A DNA stretch of 64,000 bases, from NCBI GenBank assembly GCA_025059235.1, contig JANXCV010000002.1:145498-209497 (forward strand). The letters run 5' to 3'. The notes below the pieces were generated by a model. That model made no database searches. It worked only from the letters and a program-made list of their open reading frames with translations, and was not told the origin of the DNA. Of this stretch, positions 40,442 to 50,008 are shown one piece after another. The translations under genes were made by a program, and so were the position numbers. How positions within the stretch are numbered: position 1 is the first letter of the stretch; every line of letters starts with the position of its first letter. This DNA is from Candidatus Calescibacterium sp. (GTDB lineage Bacteria; DRYD01).

Positions 40442-40459
40442 TATTGATGAAAATCAATA
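40442..40459. promoter_or_regulatory. 7-4-7 palindrome TATTGAT-GAAA-ATCAATA about 55 nt upstream of the 5S rRNA; a near-copy of the 39141 palindrome
   Basis: Read directly. It lies in the AT-rich region that also holds TTGACA-like hexamers (about 40331 and 40375). Confidence 0.35.
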
Positions 40460-40514
40460 TTTTTTATAATTTTTTATAAAGGTTTTAATGGTTTGGGGGT
40501 AGAAGTGTTATAGA

Positions 40515-40633
40515 GGCTGGTGCCCATAGCGGTGGGGAAACACCCGGTCCCATTCCGAACCCGGAAGTTAAGCCCACCAGCGCCGATGGTACTAATGGGG
40601 AGACCCAGTGGGAGAGTAGGTCGGTGCCAGCCT
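40515..40633 (+). rRNA. rrf: 5S ribosomal RNA
   Basis: GGCUGGUGCCCAUAGCGGUGGGGAAACACCCGGUCCCAUUCCGAACCCGGAAGUUAAGCCCACCAGCGCCGAUGGUACUAAUGGGGAGACC...GGUGCCAGCC has the 5S helix I pairing and the conserved CCGAAC/GAAGUUAAGC loop C/helix III elements. Confidence 0.9.
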
Positions 40634-40735
40634 TTCCCCTCCTGTTGTCCTATCCCCAAAATCCTTCCCACACTCTTTATTTTTCCCTTAGTTTTCTGAA
40701 GGAATAACTTACTTAAGGTTTAATTCTAAATCCAA

Positions 40736-41992
40736 ATGGATAGAAGATTTACGAAGATATTTGCAATAGTTATAGTTGTATTAAAACTATACTTTATTTT
40801 CCACTTGTTTTATCCTTTAGTCAAGAATGAGAGAATCCCTATAAAGCTGGGATTGGATCTTAGATATGGTATCCATATAATGCTAGAAATGTATGATCCT
40901 TCAAAGAAGATACTAACGGATACTGAAATGAGGCAGATAATAGGTATATTGGAGAAAAGGCTAAATCCAACAGGTACATATGAAATAGTTATTCAGCAAG
41001 CTGGAAACAATAGAGTAATCATAGAAATACCTGAAATAACAGATACTGCAGAGGCACTAGAAAGAGTAACAAAGGTAGGAAAACTAGAGTTCAAAGTAGA
41101 TGAATATGACCCCAATACCGGTATATTGAAGAAGAAAACGGTTCTTACAGGAGATAGAATAATAAGGGCAACCGTTGAGTATGACCCCAATACCCATTAT
41201 CCGCATGTGGCTTTCACCTTGGACGCAGAAGGAGCAAAAATATTTGAACAGGTCACCAGAGATTACCTTCAAAAACCAATATACATATATTTTGACAACA
41301 AAGAAATTTCTGCACCTATTGTACAATCTGTTATTGCGGGAGGAAGTGGAATAATAACACTGGGAGCAAAAGATAAAGAAGAAGCTCTAAAAGAAGCAAG
41401 GGAATTAGCAATATATCTTAACGCTGGTAAATTGGATTATCCTCCTAAAGTTCTGGAAGCATATACCATAGGTCCAACTTTGGGAGAGAAACATTTGAAA
41501 AAAAGTTTAGAAGCTGGTTTTATTGCCTTAGTAACTGTAGGAATATTTATGATATTTTTCTATCGGATTCCCGGGCTAGTTGCTGTTTTCGCACTGATAT
41601 TCTATGGGCTCCTTTTTGTCTGGATAATCTCTATAAGTAATACAGTTCTTACTTTGGGTTCTATTGCTGGGATTATTCTTTCTATAGGTATGGCTGTTGA
41701 CGCTAATATATTGATTTTCGAAAGATTTAAAGAAGAGTTAAGATCAGGAAAACCCACAAATACCTCTCTGGATCTAGCTTTTGCTAGATCTTTTGATACC
41801 ATTCTTGATAGTCATCTTACGACTATTCTTGCTGCTTTGGTATTGATAATTTTTGGAACTCCCACTATTCAGGGTTTTGCTTTTGCCTTACTTTGGGGAA
41901 ACGTAGTTAGTTTCTTTACTGCTATTTATGTAACAAAAACCATTATCTATCTCTTGTTTTATATTAACCCAAAGATTGTTGAATTGAAGTAG
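40736..41992 (+). CDS. secD: Protein translocase subunit SecD
   Basis: N-terminal TM, about 225-aa periplasmic domain, then six TM helices with GMAVDANILIFERFKEE. 418 aa. Confidence 0.65.
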   Translation: MDRRFTKIFAIVIVVLKLYFIFHLFYPLVKNERIPIKLGLDLRYGIHIMLEMYDPSKKILTDTEMRQIIGILEKRLNPTGTYEIVIQQAGNNRVIIEIPEITDTAEALERVTKVGKLEFKVDEYDPNTGILKKKTVLTGDRIIRATVEYDPNTHYPHVAFTLDAEGAKIFEQVTRDYLQKPIYIYFDNKEISAPIVQSVIAGGSGIITLGAKDKEEALKEARELAIYLNAGKLDYPPKVLEAYTIGPTLGEKHLKKSLEAGFIALVTVGIFMIFFYRIPGLVAVFALIFYGLLFVWIISISNTVLTLGSIAGIILSIGMAVDANILIFERFKEELRSGKPTNTSLDLAFARSFDTILDSHLTTILAALVLIIFGTPTIQGFAFALLWGNVVSFFTAIYVTKTIIYLLFYINPKIVELK

Positions 41993-41993
41993 G

Positions 41994-43850
41994 ATGAGGG
42001 AATTAACTTTTAGGTCTGTTTTATTAGGGATAATTTTAGGTATTGTTTTAAGTTCTGCTAATGCTTATTTGGGTTTGAAAGCTGGTATGACTGTTGCGGC
42101 AGCTATACCTGCAGCGGTAATATCCATGCTTATACTGACCAAGTTGCTTAGGAATGGAACTATATTAGAAAATAACATGGTTCAAACTATGGCCTCTGTC
42201 GCTCAAGCAGTAGCTGCAGGAGTCATATTTACCATTCCTTCATTCTTCATACTTTACTACACTGGTGTAATATCCTTTATGCCTTCATACTGGTTGATCT
42301 TTATTCTGACTTTTATTGGTAGCTTATGGGGAGTAGTATTTATGATAATATTTAGAAAACCACATATCGTTGATGAACATGATGTGTTACCCTATCCTGA
42401 AGGTACTGCTTGTGCAGAAGTTCTAAAGACTGGGCAAAAAGCTACTGAGAATGCAAAGTTCTTGCTATGGGGGTTCACTATAGCAGCTATTCTAAAAGTG
42501 TTCCAAAGTATAAAAGTAAAAATTGGGGACAAGGTATATAAAATGCTTGAGGAAATTTTTTATTTCTCTGCTAATTTAAAAAATTTGCCTATTGCTCTTC
42601 AGAAGTTTACTTTATCTGTGGAGCTACTACCTGCTCTGTTTGGTGTTGGAATGATTGTGGGAGCTAGAATAGGGATCATGGTAGCCAGTGGGGCTCTCCT
42701 AGCTTGGTGGGTAATTATTCCGATAATTGGGATTTTTCAACCTGAAATGTCTGCTCAGCAAATATACAAGGGATATGTAAGATATATAGGTATCGGAGTT
42801 ATAGTCACTGGTGCTTTATTTTCTTTTTTTCAGTTTTTTCCAGTTATACTGAGGGTAATTAAGGGGCATTTGGTAACTGTTGAGTATAGAAAAGATCCTC
42901 ATCAAGGATTATGGTATGATAATCCAAATTATACTAAAGATATGCCGTACCCGATTGCTTTGACTTTAGTTTTTATTGGATCGATAATATTTTTCTTTAT
43001 TAATCCTGTAGAAAGTTTACTTGGGAAATTGTTATCTTTTTTGGTTCTTTTGATTTTTACTATTTTGTTTACTGCTGTTTCATCGTATATTGTGGGAATG
43101 GTGGGGTCAAGTAATCAACCTGTCAGTGCTATGACAATATCTACTTTGCTAGCTGTTGCTCTTACGCTTAAGTTTATAGGTATGTATGGAGAAAAGGGAA
43201 TAATAGCTGTTTTGGTTATCTCTGTTGTTGCCTGTATTTCTTTAGCGATAGCTGGGGATATGTCACAGGATTTGAAAACTGGTTTCCTAGTAAAAGCCAC
43301 ACCATATAATCAACAGATAGTTGGAATAATCTCGGCTATTACTTCTAGTTTTTTCCTAAGTTATTTGATTTTTGTTCTAAATGACGTTTATGGTTTTGTA
43401 GGAAATAATCCATTACCTGCTCCTCAGGCTAACTTAATAGCTACTCTTGCTCAGAGTATATTCCAAGGTGATGTAAAATGGAATGAGATATTTGTAGGGA
43501 TGTTTCTTGGACTGATTGCAAGATTGCTTGGATTTTCTATTCTTGCATTTGGTGTTGGTGTATATTTACCACTTGGACTATCTATACCCATACTCTTGGG
43601 GGGGTGGTTTTCTAATTTATTGAAAGATAATGAGGAGAAAAAAGTTTTGATTGGTTCTGGATTAATAGCTGGAGACACGATAGTTGGAATAGTCTTTGTT
43701 TTCTTGATAGCTACTAATATCATTCCTGCTGCAAGCGATAAGGATATTCCTATTTTTGGTGGTTTTTCTTCTTTCTTATCACTTATTGTTTTCATTTTGA
43801 TGATATTTGTCGTTTATGGTATTATTAGAAGCAATAAAGGTGCTAGCTAA
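41994..43850 (+). CDS. OPT-family oligopeptide transporter
   Basis: N-terminal ELTFRSVLLGIILGIVLSSANAYLGLKAGMTVAAAIPAAVISM is the OPT hallmark. About 16 TM helices; 618 aa. Confidence 0.75.
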   Translation: MRELTFRSVLLGIILGIVLSSANAYLGLKAGMTVAAAIPAAVISMLILTKLLRNGTILENNMVQTMASVAQAVAAGVIFTIPSFFILYYTGVISFMPSYWLIFILTFIGSLWGVVFMIIFRKPHIVDEHDVLPYPEGTACAEVLKTGQKATENAKFLLWGFTIAAILKVFQSIKVKIGDKVYKMLEEIFYFSANLKNLPIALQKFTLSVELLPALFGVGMIVGARIGIMVASGALLAWWVIIPIIGIFQPEMSAQQIYKGYVRYIGIGVIVTGALFSFFQFFPVILRVIKGHLVTVEYRKDPHQGLWYDNPNYTKDMPYPIALTLVFIGSIIFFFINPVESLLGKLLSFLVLLIFTILFTAVSSYIVGMVGSSNQPVSAMTISTLLAVALTLKFIGMYGEKGIIAVLVISVVACISLAIAGDMSQDLKTGFLVKATPYNQQIVGIISAITSSFFLSYLIFVLNDVYGFVGNNPLPAPQANLIATLAQSIFQGDVKWNEIFVGMFLGLIARLLGFSILAFGVGVYLPLGLSIPILLGGWFSNLLKDNEEKKVLIGSGLIAGDTIVGIVFVFLIATNIIPAASDKDIPIFGGFSSFLSLIVFILMIFVVYGIIRSNKGAS

Positions 43851-45664
43851 TGATCCTAAGGTTAGCCGTTGTTGTTTTGGGAATTTTTTATTTTGTAGTT
43901 AGATTTCTATTCGTGGATAAGTCTACTCCGAGATATTTTGTTGTCGATTATTTTGAAGCAATAGATTTTATATCTTCTTATGTTTACTATCCTGAAGAAT
44001 ATTTTAGAAAGGAGATTTTGCCATATTTCAGCGCTGTATCTATAAGGTTGAAAAGCTTGAATGAGCTTAAAAATGAGGGATTGGTTGATTTAGCTACTTC
44101 AGAATCTGTAAAAGTAGAACCCAAATTTTGGCTTTTGCCTCTAGGAAACATGCTTCTTGAAACAGGATACAGTTTTATCTATTCTTCTTCTCAAGAAAAG
44201 CTAAAGAAAGTAGAAGAAGTTATAAAATATCTAGGATTAGAGTATAAAAGAATTGGTAATGTTCTTGCAGTCAAAGCGAATGGATCTTATTTATTCAATA
44301 TCCAAGTATTTTACCTAGATGATTTTCAGACTGAAAAAAAGATTCTTTGGAAAGTAAGTTCATACGTATATGATCTCGAATACCTTAAGGTTTATTGTAA
44401 GAAGGGAGATTTTGTTGTTTTTACAGGTCCTTTTGTTGCTGGTTACCCAGACAAACTAGACAAGGTGAAAAATTTCTTGAAAGAAAACGGACTAATATTT
44501 GCTACACCTGAATTTTACGATTCCAAAAACATTCAGTTTGGAGCTGTTGAACTTGTTCAACATGGAGGAATAAAAATTTTTAGCACTATTGTCCTAAGAA
44601 ATAAACCGTTAAACCAAATATTAAACTCAGTAGATTTGGCAGTAAATGAAAGAAATTGTAAGGCAGTAATGTTTAGATTTTTTGATAAATACTCTCTACA
44701 GCAGAATATGAATATAATCAAACAGATAGAGAATAAATTCTTCAGGTATATAAACCCTTTGGAATTTGAAACGGAGGTTAATCTAAACATTAGATTTTTA
44801 ATAGATTTTCTATCGGTTATAAACCTTATACTGATTGGGATTTTAGTTATTGTTTCGTATAGTTATTATTATGATCTAGTTTCTAATAATGGTTATCCTG
44901 TTAGTGGTTCTGTATTTGCTATTTTAGGGATTGGTAACAGCTTGGGGATTATATTAGGGAAAGTATTTAAGGTGGATACTATTTTTAGTTTATCGTTAGT
45001 TGTAGGTGTTTCTTTTATTCTTGTAACTATGTTTTTCAAGGTTTTTGAGTATCGGAGGAATATGTATGTTAGGTATATGGAGATCATAATTTATACGCTG
45101 AGTATAGGTTTGGTCATAAACTCCCTATTTTTTGAGAATACCTATATTCTTGGGATAGAAAAGGTTAGATTTGTGAAGTTATTGCTTATTTTACCTGTGG
45201 TTTTATCTTGTTTTGTTGTGTTTAGTTATAACCAGATTATCTTATTTTTCTATAGGAGGATGCGTGTACTAGATTTTTCTTTGATTTTCATAGTTTTAGT
45301 AGGAGTTTTATTTTATTTATTAAGGAGTGGAAATACTGATTTGCTTTTGCCGTTTGAGGATAAAGCGAGAAATATTTTGGATAAGTTTTTGATAGCAAGA
45401 CCGAGATTCAAGGAATTTTTGATAGGAGACCCTGCTATTCTCGCCTCTTCATACTCTAAGTATTTCATTCCTCTTTCTTTTCTGGGGTTATCTAGTATTG
45501 TAAATAGCTTTATGCATATTCACACTCCTATTTTTTATAGTTTTTTGAGAACTTTTTGGGGTGCAGTGTTAGGAATAATGATATTTCTCCTGATAGTAAA
45601 AATCATGAAGGTAAATTTGGAAAGAAGAAGTAAAATAGAAAAAGGGGGTATGGTGAAAGAATAA
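43850..45664 (+). CDS. Hypothetical polytopic membrane protein with an extracytoplasmic domain of about 270 aa
   Basis: N-terminal TM, a soluble domain, then about 9 TM helices; no recognisable motif. Confidence 0.45.
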   Translation: MILRLAVVVLGIFYFVVRFLFVDKSTPRYFVVDYFEAIDFISSYVYYPEEYFRKEILPYFSAVSIRLKSLNELKNEGLVDLATSESVKVEPKFWLLPLGNMLLETGYSFIYSSSQEKLKKVEEVIKYLGLEYKRIGNVLAVKANGSYLFNIQVFYLDDFQTEKKILWKVSSYVYDLEYLKVYCKKGDFVVFTGPFVAGYPDKLDKVKNFLKENGLIFATPEFYDSKNIQFGAVELVQHGGIKIFSTIVLRNKPLNQILNSVDLAVNERNCKAVMFRFFDKYSLQQNMNIIKQIENKFFRYINPLEFETEVNLNIRFLIDFLSVINLILIGILVIVSYSYYYDLVSNNGYPVSGSVFAILGIGNSLGIILGKVFKVDTIFSLSLVVGVSFILVTMFFKVFEYRRNMYVRYMEIIIYTLSIGLVINSLFFENTYILGIEKVRFVKLLLILPVVLSCFVVFSYNQIILFFYRRMRVLDFSLIFIVLVGVLFYLLRSGNTDLLLPFEDKARNILDKFLIARPRFKEFLIGDPAILASSYSKYFIPLSFLGLSSIVNSFMHIHTPIFYSFLRTFWGAVLGIMIFLLIVKIMKVNLERRSKIEKGGMVKE

Positions 45665-45724
45665 AGTGCCTAACAGGGGCCTAAAAAATACCTGTTGCGC
45701 TGTAGAGTGCTAAGGAGGAACTGG

Positions 45725-46048
45725 GTGAAAAAGTTATTCGTAGGTAACCTAAGTTATCAATTAACAGAAGATGAACTTAGACAAACTTTCCAAGGCTATG
45801 GTAATATAAAGGAAGTAAAGCTTGTACAGAACAAGGGCTTTGGTTTTGTTGAATTTGACTCTTCCGAATCTGCTCAAAAAGCTCTCGAAGAACTTAACGG
45901 CAGAGAGTTAAAGGGCAGAAAAATGAGGGTTGAATTTGCGAAGCCCAGAGAAAATGGACAAAATAGAAAAAAGAATTTCAGACAATACTCGGGCTCCAGT
46001 AGTGGTAGATCTGGGAAGATCGGGTTAAACCGAAGAAAGGGAAACTAG
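45725..46048 (+). CDS. RRM-type RNA-binding protein with a Gly/Arg/Ser-rich tail
   Basis: RNP-2 LFVGNL and RNP-1 KGFGFVEF motifs. GTG start 8 nt after the AAGGAGG RBS; the ORF-track ATG at 45695 lacks an RBS. Confidence 0.75.
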   Translation: MKKLFVGNLSYQLTEDELRQTFQGYGNIKEVKLVQNKGFGFVEFDSSESAQKALEELNGRELKGRKMRVEFAKPRENGQNRKKNFRQYSGSSSGRSGKIGLNRRKGN

Positions 46049-46074
46049 ATAATTAAGTAGGACCGTACCCCCTT

Positions 46075-46162
46075 GGGGAAGTGGCGGAATCGGTAGACGC
46101 GTTGGCCTCAGGAGCCAATGGGATAACCTCCCGTGTGGGTTCAAGTCCCACCTTCCCCACCA
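46075..46162 (+). tRNA. tRNA-Leu (anticodon CAG), CCA encoded
   Basis: Acceptor GGGGAAG/CTTCCCC, D-arm GCGGAATCGGTAGACGC, anticodon loop CTCAGGA, long variable arm, T-arm GTGGGTTCAAGTCCCAC, 3' ACCA. Confidence 0.85.
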
Positions 46163-46168
46163 CTAACC

Positions 46169-46951
46169 TTGAAAAAAATAGTATCTTCAACAACCCAAAA
46201 ACTCGTCGACTTCATAGCTGATACCCTAAAAATTTCTAAAAACAAAGCAAAAGAAATAGTAGATCAGAAACGTGTGTTTGTGAATAATAAGCCGGTCTGG
46301 ATAGCTTCACACATTCTAAAACCATCAGACGTCATCGAAATCGCTCCACCAAAAGAAAAATATGGCCAATACCAGATAGTCTATGAAGATGAGAACTTTA
46401 TAGTTATCGACAAGGGTCCAGGTTTGATCGTTACAGACTCAAATAATAGCCTAGAAAATATCTTAAGATCAAAATATGGACCCAATATCAAAGCAGTACA
46501 CCGGATAGATAAGGACACTACAGGTTTGGTGATATTCGCAAAAAGTATGGATATATTTAACCAAATGAAAGAAAAATGGGAAAGTGTTGAAAAAACTTAT
46601 TTTTGCATATCACTAAACGAAGCTGGATTCAAAGTAAAAGAGATAAGCTATCCGATTGGTAACAAACCTGCTCTTTCAACAGTTATTCTGGTTTCCAAAA
46701 ATAATGGATTATCCTTGTTTAAGGTCAGAACTTTTACAGGTAGAAAACATCAGATAAGAATACACTTAAGCAAAATAGGATTTCCTATTTTGGGAGATTA
46801 TGTCTATGGCCCAAAACGAAATAATTTTAGAGTAAGTAGACAAATGTTGCATGCATACAAAATTCATTTTTCTTTTCAAAGTAAAAGCTTAACCCTAGTT
46901 TCTCCTCTTCCAGAAGATATGAAAAGATTAATAAAAGAGTATGGGTTATAA
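46169..46951 (+). CDS. RluA-family pseudouridine synthase (second paralog)
   Basis: HRIDKDTTGLVIFAKS and RKHQIRIH motifs. The ORF-track start at 46133 lies inside the tRNA. The likely start is the in-frame TTG at 46169; the first ATG is far downstream. Confidence 0.65.
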   Translation: MKKIVSSTTQKLVDFIADTLKISKNKAKEIVDQKRVFVNNKPVWIASHILKPSDVIEIAPPKEKYGQYQIVYEDENFIVIDKGPGLIVTDSNNSLENILRSKYGPNIKAVHRIDKDTTGLVIFAKSMDIFNQMKEKWESVEKTYFCISLNEAGFKVKEISYPIGNKPALSTVILVSKNNGLSLFKVRTFTGRKHQIRIHLSKIGFPILGDYVYGPKRNNFRVSRQMLHAYKIHFSFQSKSLTLVSPLPEDMKRLIKEYGL

Positions 46952-47549
46952 ATTTTCATATCCTAGGCATGTAAAAAGAGCAATAGACTTAATATCGTTC
47001 ATTGGTAACAAACTGAATTTGATTGTCTGGGTATGTGATTCCAGAGAACCATACCTTACATCAAGGTATCTATCAGATTTCATAGAAAGGGTAAAATATA
47101 GAGGAAAGCTCACCATTTTTGTCAACAAAATGGACCTAGTTGATGATTTCGATTACAGGGGTTTCAGAAAATACCTAAGGGATACCATAAAAAAAGAATT
47201 TGCTGTGTTGTATGGATCATACAAGAATTGTAAGCAGTTATATAACCACTTGGAAGAATTAGCCGAAAAAGAGTTATTCGTAAATTGCTTATTTGTTGGT
47301 CTACCTAATGTTGGGAAATCAAGCGTTATAAATTGTTTAGTTAACAGAAAGAAGACGGAGGTTTCTTCTTTGCCAGGAACCACGAGAAATATAAAGTGGA
47401 TAGCTCTAAAATATAACATCAAAATTCTAGATTCTCCTGGTGTAGTATTACCTACTGAATTGAATCAAGAAGAATTAAAAAAACTGCTAGAATTGAATAT
47501 AATAAACCACTCTTTTATTAGCCTACCTGGTAATAAGTTTAGAATATAG
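46941..47549 (+). CDS. rbgA: Circularly permuted ribosome-biogenesis GTPase (YlqF/RbgA-like, short form)
   Basis: Motif order G4 (VNKMDL), G1 (GLPNVGKSS), G2 (PGTT), G3 (LDSPG), plus the YPRHVKRA N-terminus. Confidence 0.65.
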   Translation: MGYKFSYPRHVKRAIDLISFIGNKLNLIVWVCDSREPYLTSRYLSDFIERVKYRGKLTIFVNKMDLVDDFDYRGFRKYLRDTIKKEFAVLYGSYKNCKQLYNHLEELAEKELFVNCLFVGLPNVGKSSVINCLVNRKKTEVSSLPGTTRNIKWIALKYNIKILDSPGVVLPTELNQEELKKLLELNIINHSFISLPGNKFRI

Positions 47550-47604
47550 AAGGATAGAGAGTTGATTTTGTAGAATTTGTAGAAGGGGAAAGGAGAGATT
47601 AAAA

Positions 47605-49020
47605 ATGGAACTTTTGCTAGCCCGCATACACTTTGCGATGGCTGCTACTTTCCATTTCATATTCCCTCCAGTAACAATAGGACTATCACTTCTTATCCTC
47701 ATATTTCAAACTCTCTACCTACTCAAGGGAAAGGAGGTATACAACGAAATATCAAAGCTACTTGTTAAGATACTAGCCATCATTTTTGTAGTAGGTGTTA
47801 TAACAGGTTTCACGCTTTCGTTTGCTTTCGGAATGTACTGGGCAAAATTTTCAAAAATAGCCGCTGATCTAATAGGAATCACAATCACAGCAGAGGGAGT
47901 ATTTGCATTCTTCCTGGAAGGAGTCTTTCTCGGATTATTACTTTTTGGACAAAATAGAATTCCAAAAACAATGTATTGGTTCTCTTCTCTGATGGTATTC
48001 CTTGGTACTCATTTATCTGCGTTCTTTATCCTTGCTACTAACAGTTGGATGCAAACACCAGCAGGACATGAGATAATAAGAAACGCAGCAGGGCAAATAG
48101 ATAAGATCATAATAGTTAACTGGTTCGAAGCAATTTTCAATCCTTCTACCATTGCAAGAATGCTTCATACCACTATCGCTTGTTGGATAACCGCTTCCCT
48201 TATTACCTCAGCAATTGGAGCATATTATCTTCTTTCCAGAAAGAATATAGATCTCGGACTGATGATTTTTAGAGTATCATTCATAGTCTTTGCTTTGTCT
48301 GCTTTTTCGCAATTTTTAACGGGACATATGCAAGCTATGGTAGCTTACAAATACCAACCTGCAAAGGTTGCAGCTTTTGAAGCAATCTGGGATACTCAGC
48401 GAGGCCCAAATATACCTATGTCTATCATAGCTATCATCGATGAAAAAAATCAAAGAAACATTATAAATATAGAGGTACCTTTCCTAAATTCTCTTCTGTA
48501 CGGAATCGAATTCTTTCCACCCCACTTTGATCTGAACATAGAAATTAAAGGAATAAAAGAATTTGTAAAGAAACTCGAAGATGGAACAGTAGTGAAAGAA
48601 CATCCTCCGGTTGCAATAACTTACTATACGTTTAGAATAATGATCTTCTTAGGAACATTCTTTGCAATTCTTGCTTTAATAGGTTTATATATGCTATACA
48701 AGAATAAACTTGATAACGTAAAATTCTTGAAACTAGTTTTATACTCCTGGCCATTACCGTTTATTTCTAATACTGCAGGATGGTACACAGCAGAAATAGG
48801 AAGACAACCATACATAATCTACGGAGTATTGAAAACAAAAGACGCAATTACACCATCTCTAAATACTTCTAATGTACTGCTTACCATAATTGTATTACTT
48901 GCTCTCTATCTATTCTTAACTTATATTGCTTACCAACTGATTACAAAGATTATAAAGGAACACGGTAATGAAACTGAAAAAGCTGAAATTCTATCTTCTG
49001 AACCAGTGAAGGAGGTATAA
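47605..49020 (+). CDS. cydA: Cytochrome bd ubiquinol oxidase subunit I
   Basis: N-terminal LLARIHFAMAATFHFIFPPVTIGL, the Q-loop, and 9 TM helices. Confidence 0.85.
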   Translation: MELLLARIHFAMAATFHFIFPPVTIGLSLLILIFQTLYLLKGKEVYNEISKLLVKILAIIFVVGVITGFTLSFAFGMYWAKFSKIAADLIGITITAEGVFAFFLEGVFLGLLLFGQNRIPKTMYWFSSLMVFLGTHLSAFFILATNSWMQTPAGHEIIRNAAGQIDKIIIVNWFEAIFNPSTIARMLHTTIACWITASLITSAIGAYYLLSRKNIDLGLMIFRVSFIVFALSAFSQFLTGHMQAMVAYKYQPAKVAAFEAIWDTQRGPNIPMSIIAIIDEKNQRNIINIEVPFLNSLLYGIEFFPPHFDLNIEIKGIKEFVKKLEDGTVVKEHPPVAITYYTFRIMIFLGTFFAILALIGLYMLYKNKLDNVKFLKLVLYSWPLPFISNTAGWYTAEIGRQPYIIYGVLKTKDAITPSLNTSNVLLTIIVLLALYLFLTYIAYQLITKIIKEHGNETEKAEILSSEPVKEV

Positions 49021-49024
49021 TAAA

Positions 49025-50008
49025 ATGGAAAACTACTTAACACAACATATACTTTATATAGTTATAGGAGTTGCTTTTTTTGCCTATACTTTTTTGTATG
49101 GACCGATATTGGGGAGCGGATCAGTTTTCCCGGTTATAGCTAAAAACGATACTGAAAGAAAAGCAATTTTGCACTCGGTAGCTCCATTTTGGGACGGGGC
49201 AGGAGTTTGGTTGATTGCGGCAGCAGTCGTGATGTGGGGGGCTTTCCCCCAATCTTATGCCACTCTCTTTGGGGGATTTTTCCTGGCCCTGTTTATCGTC
49301 CTGTTTTTCTTACTAATTTCAATCGCATCTATCGAGCTTTATCTAAAGGATGAAAAGAGAAAAGAGATGTGGAAAAATGCTTACTTTATAGGAAATCTAA
49401 TACCTTCTTTACTTTTCGGTGTTGCTCTTGGAAATGTCATCATGGGCATACCTTTGAACGAGGACTTATGGTATACAGGAAATTTCTTCACTCTACTCAG
49501 ACCGTATGCTTTACTTGTTGGCTTGCTTGGTTTAAGCTTGTTAATAACCCATGCAATGTCATACGTTTTACTGAAAGTTTCTGGTGATGTCGTTGAAAGA
49601 GCAAAAAATGTACAAAAAATTTCTAATTCCTCTTTCTTGTTACTTTTTGTAATCTTTGTATTCTGGACTCACCATATGTTTAAGGATCTGTCTATTTGGT
49701 ATTGGGTAGTTGCTGGTATCATTGTTCTACTTTCTGTAGCTATCTTCTTTGTAAAGGAAAATCACTTTTGGATTTCTACTGCTATGCTACTTTTTTCATG
49801 GGCTCTTGTTGGCTTGATTCAATACCCTCATATTATTAGAGGATTAGGTGAATATAGCATAACTTTATTCAATAACTCATCCTCTGCCTTAACTCAATAT
49901 GCAATGATTATCATCCTTGTAATAGGTCTACCGTTTGTTATAGCATACACCTACTACAGCTACTTCGTGTTTCGCGGTAAGTTTTCTGGTAAGGAACAAA
50001 TGTACTAA
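49025..50008 (+). CDS. cydB: Cytochrome bd ubiquinol oxidase subunit II
   Basis: Immediately downstream of cydA; polytopic; FWDGAGVWLIA motif. Confidence 0.8.
   Translation: MENYLTQHILYIVIGVAFFAYTFLYGPILGSGSVFPVIAKNDTERKAILHSVAPFWDGAGVWLIAAAVVMWGAFPQSYATLFGGFFLALFIVLFFLLISIASIELYLKDEKRKEMWKNAYFIGNLIPSLLFGVALGNVIMGIPLNEDLWYTGNFFTLLRPYALLVGLLGLSLLITHAMSYVLLKVSGDVVERAKNVQKISNSSFLLLFVIFVFWTHHMFKDLSIWYWVVAGIIVLLSVAIFFVKENHFWISTAMLLFSWALVGLIQYPHIIRGLGEYSITLFNNSSSALTQYAMIIILVIGLPFVIAYTYYSYFVFRGKFSGKEQMY

Noticed and set aside
40474-40671. 65-aa minus-strand ORF
   Set aside because: It overlaps the 5S rRNA gene entirely.
46133-46168. ORF-track start of the second RluA gene (46133)
   Set aside because: It falls inside the tRNA-Leu gene. 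The in-frame TTG at 46169, just after the tRNA, is the more plausible start.
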